From positions 267,840,001 to 267,904,000 of the forward strand of contig OZ024740.1 in the NCBI GenBank assembly GCA_964016885.1: a stretch of DNA of 64,000 bases, written 5' to 3'. This document shows positions 60,950 to 64,000 of this stretch, one piece after another. This DNA is from Eledone cirrhosa. Its lineage: Eukaryota. The notes beneath the pieces are model-generated. The model saw only the letters and a program-made list of their open reading frames with translations, made no database searches and was not told the origin of the DNA. Each line of letters begins with the position of its first letter. The first letter of the stretch is position 1. The translations under genes were made by a program, and so were the position numbers.

Positions 60950-61040
60950 GTTCGAAATAGCAGCCACATCTCCCTACAATCATAGCCAACTGCTTTAAAA
61001 AGGGGAGACCACGTTAAACCATATAGTCCTAGGCACCCAC
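60950..61040 (-). mobile_element. Dispersed repeat family D, inverted copy
   Basis: TTCGAAATAGCAGCCACATCTCCCTA resembles rc of AAGGGAGATTTGGTTGCTACTTCTAA (~54831). Confidence 0.55.
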
Positions 61041-61463
61041 AAGTTTACTATGTGGTTAAACAACAATCACAGCTATATACAGACGGAAAAAAATACGCAA
61101 GAAGCTTACATCCAAACGGAAAACACCACTTTTTCTTTCATTTTCATTGTTAGATGAAGGGTAGCGCTTGAAACGTAAGGTATTCCAGTTTTCACATTCA
61201 TTGAACTTAACGATCACATCCACGAATCCTCCTACTTGATAATGAATTCTGCGTTCTAGCTGAATAAATGGTTGTGGTTATTTCCCTTCTTCTCAAGTCA
61301 TTCGAGATCATTAACGCTTGAATCTATTTGATATATTTACATGCTGAGGTAAATAATTAAGTGATTAGTTAACGTTGTGTATGCACAAGGGGGATTCTAA
61401 TACCACTAAAGTTCCGATAATCCAGTCGTGACGCCTTTAATTTAATTTTAAATAGAAGCCCAG

Positions 61464-61530
61464 TATGTATGTATGTATGTATGTATGTATGTATGTATGT
61501 ATGTATGTATGTATGTATGTATGTATGTAT
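61464..61530. repeat. (ATGT)n microsatellite
   Basis: Directly visible. Confidence 0.97.
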
Positions 61531-61724
61531 ATGTGTGTGAGTGCATGTGTATGGATGCCTGTTTGAGCATTTAGATGCGAGGCCATAGAAGTAAGTGTTC
61601 TTTTATTCATCGTTAACAAGATCCGACCGCTTGCCGAGTAGGGTGGAACTCATCAAATCGCATCAAGGAAATAATGTCTCCATTGGTCTTTCCAATGCTG
61701 ATACTATCTACCGATCACGATTCC

Positions 61725-61807
61725 TAGCAGTAAAAGCAACAGGAAATAAAGTGTTATACTCAAGGACATAACGCATCCCCGTTTCTCAAACCACCAAGCC
61801 ACGCGCT
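61725..61807 (-). mobile_element. SINE family C 5' fragment
   Basis: GAAATAAAGTGTTATACTCAAGGACA...AACCACCAAGCCACGCG resembles rc of 62326-62397. Confidence 0.6.
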
Positions 61808-61837
61808 TTCATTATATTTTTATATCATATGGTTCTT

Positions 61838-61958
61838 TGCGTTCTGAGTTCAAATCCCGCCGAGGTTTACTTTGCCTTTCATCCTTACGGGGTCGAAAAA
61901 ATAAAGCACCGGTAATACACTGGGGTAATTGTTGACCGTGTGCTAAAAGTAGAAACAA
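61838..61958 (+). mobile_element. SINE family B copy, 5'-truncated
   Basis: TTCTGAGTTCAAATCCCGCCGAGGTTTACTTTGCCTTTCATCCTTACGGGGTCG, with B-box. Confidence 0.85.
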
Positions 61959-62324
61959 TTATATTTTATATATCAATTACATAAGTTGATATTTTGTAGT
62001 ATATAACTTCATTTTCATTACGGCGCTGTATACATTAGTAGAAACATACTTTCTACTAATTTTATGCACGATTCTAATTTAAACGTCTTCCAATAAAATT
62101 AATAGTTGCAATAAAATGCTACTAGTTTTATAGGGATTTTGGTGTCAAAGTTCGTGATTAATTAAATGTCACAATTTTTCTGTGCAATTAAAGTTCGATG
62201 ATTGGACAAGCCAGTTGATAAAAATCAACTTTTGTATTAACATTCATGCAGTCTTTAGCGGACATTACAGAAGAGTTATCCTGTGCACAATTCTCATTTA
62301 ATAGCATCTATACATCAACATATG

Positions 62325-62600
62325 AAGACGTATGGCTTAGTGGTTAGGATTTTCAGCTCATGGCGCATTTTGTCTTTGAGGAAGACACTTTATTTCACAT
62401 TAATCCTGTCCATTCAGCTGGCAAAAGTGAGTAGTGCCTGTAATTCCTGAGGTCAGCTACGTCATACATTGTATCTCCCTGAGAACTGCGTTAAAGGTAC
62501 ACGTGTCTGTGGAATGGTCAATTACTTACACATAATTTCACGAGCAGCTAGTTTCAACTGGAGCCTTCGTTGTCGGAAATGACGGGGTCCAACAACAACA
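62325..62600 (+). mobile_element. tRNA-derived SINE family C copy with (CAA)n tail
   Basis: A-box-like TGGCTTAGTGG, GTCTTTGAGGAAGACACTT motif, ends in CAACAACAACA; the B-box region appears deleted. Confidence 0.7.
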
Positions 62601-62956
62601 CACTCATTAACATGTGTATCTTTCTTTGTTTTATCTCATAAACTTTTATGTAGAGCACACTGTGTATCAGAAAATGTTAAGATGAATTTAATTAAGCTAC
62701 AGTTTTTAACTTGGAAACCTCACTAAAAAGAATGAAGTATGACTCCAAAATATCTTCCTGTATCTTTACATAACCGTGCTACGCCGGAAATTAGAAGGAA
62801 ACGACCAGACCCGATAGCTGAGAGTGTGGTTTAGAACGTCATTGAAACTCTGTCATACTTCAAAGTTTGGGGATAATATCTTTTATCGAGTTTATCATGT
62901 GTTCTGTGTCGGACATATTTCAGAGGATGGTGAATCGATTTTCGTAAAAACAACCA

Positions 62957-62957
<1 letters not shown>

Positions 62958-62989
<32 letters not shown>
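62958..62989. repeat. Poly(A) run
   Basis: About 30 consecutive A. Confidence 0.9.
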
Positions 62990-62990
<1 letters not shown>

Positions 62991-63369
62991 AACATCTTTA
63001 CATCAATCTTAGGGCTTTCAGTCTAGTCATTTGCGATAATTGGAAAATGAGACGAGAGCTATACATTTGATGATTAGATTATTAAGTTCGACAGAGATGA
63101 CTGAGATGGCGACAAACCGTACGGATGGAGATAATGGAATTATGAAAAGTGTTCATCCCGCAGCAGATCGCAGCAAAGGTGTTACTTTTGCTATTTTTCC
63201 ATCACAATCGTCATTTTCTCATGCGACCATCCACAGTCCGAATACATCTAGTTCGTTTTCAAAAGTTGCATTTAATTTTCTTGCCGATGTCAAGGAAAGA
63301 AAATTATAACTTTCTCTATCCATTATTTTGAGGCATTTGGTAGAACTGAATAATTGAATATAATAATTG

Positions 63370-63557
63370 TTTCTACTTTAGGCACAAGGCCTGCAATTAC
63401 CCCAGTGCATTACTGGTACTTTATTTTATCGACCCCATAAGGATGAAAGGCAAAGTTAACCTCGACGGGATTTGAACTCAGACCGTAAAGGGACGTAACT
63501 ATGCTAGAAAGCATGGCGTCCGACCCTCTACCGATACTGCCAATTCACCGCTCACCC
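63370..63557 (-). mobile_element. tRNA-derived SINE family B, near full-length
   Basis: GGTACTTTATTTTATCGACCCCATAAGGATGAAAGGCAAAGTTAACCTCG...GATTTGAACTCAG...GACCCTCTACCGATACTGCCAAT is nearly identical to 57995-58126. Confidence 0.88.
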
Positions 63558-63595
63558 CATAGAATAATGAAAGTATTTAAAACATCACGGATAAT

Positions 63596-63743
63596 ATCAT
63601 CATTATCTTGCCGTGCTGGTCGGACAGATCGCCATGACTTTCCTTCTCCATCTAACTCTGTCATACATTGCTTGTTACAGGCCCTTCAGATTGTACACAA
63701 CATCCTTACATAGCTATTGGAAGTAAGTTCTATGAGGTCTGCC
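63596..63743 (-). mobile_element. Old 3'-terminal fragment of a second RTE-like LINE family
   Basis: Minus-strand translation GRPHRTYFQ*LCKDVVYNLKGL*QAMYDRVRWRRKVMAICPTSTAR* fits the RTE C-terminal GRP..T...D...DR..WR motif and is followed by a short (TGA)n tail. Confidence 0.7.
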
Positions 63744-63956
63744 TAAGAACACAAGTTCAGTCAGCGAACTACTGCAATTCATCTATAGGTGTGGCGTCCG
63801 CGGATGAGAAATTAACAATCGAAAGATTAACATGACTCATTAATAACAATAGTTATTATATTCAATAAATATCAAATTTGCTACAGTTTGCGGGGATTGT
63901 GCTCCTTATTTCAATTATCGGCAGTATAAATTAGTATATTTATATAAAGATAATTA

Positions 63957-64000
63957 TTTCTACTTTTGGCACAAGGCCAGCAATTATCCCAGTGCATTAC
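63957..64000 (-). mobile_element. 3' tail of another SINE family B copy, cut by the window edge
   Basis: TTCTACTTTTGGCACAAGGCCAGCAATTATCCCAGTGCATTAC is nearly identical to 63371-63413. Confidence 0.8.

Noticed and set aside
61845-61862. GAGTTCAAATCCC as part of a tRNA gene
   Set aside because: It is the B-box of a tRNA-derived SINE; no cloverleaf can be formed.
63040-63331. Overlapping 89-aa and 60-aa ORFs
   Set aside because: No recognisable motifs or clear splice context; the lengths are compatible with chance.

Overview
Eukaryotic, repeat-rich DNA, most likely cephalopod (Octopus-like, judged from recalled SINE families and the density of microsatellites; not verified by any search). Bases 1 to ~48,490 are one giant tandem array of a 33-bp unit (AAC/AAG GAG ACA ACC ACT AAT/AAC ACC ACA CAA CAA CAG), about 1,470 copies, running off the left edge. 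It is organised into nested kb-scale higher-order repeats with a left-to-right gradient of variants. One + frame reads as a mucin-like, N-glycosylation-sequon-dense peptide (NETTTNTTQQQ)n, but recurrent stops and single-base indels break it. Nearly all long ORFs in the track are compositional artefacts of this array. The remaining ~15.5 kb holds a degenerate near-full-length RTE-clade LINE (- strand; APE, RT, three C-terminal C2H2 fingers) and a 5'-truncated R4/Dong-like RLE retrotransposon sitting in a (TAA)n tract. It also holds a second RTE 3' fragment, several SINE families, a piggyBac-like MITE, a near-perfect 159-bp hairpin and many microsatellites. No host protein-coding gene is confidently recognisable.
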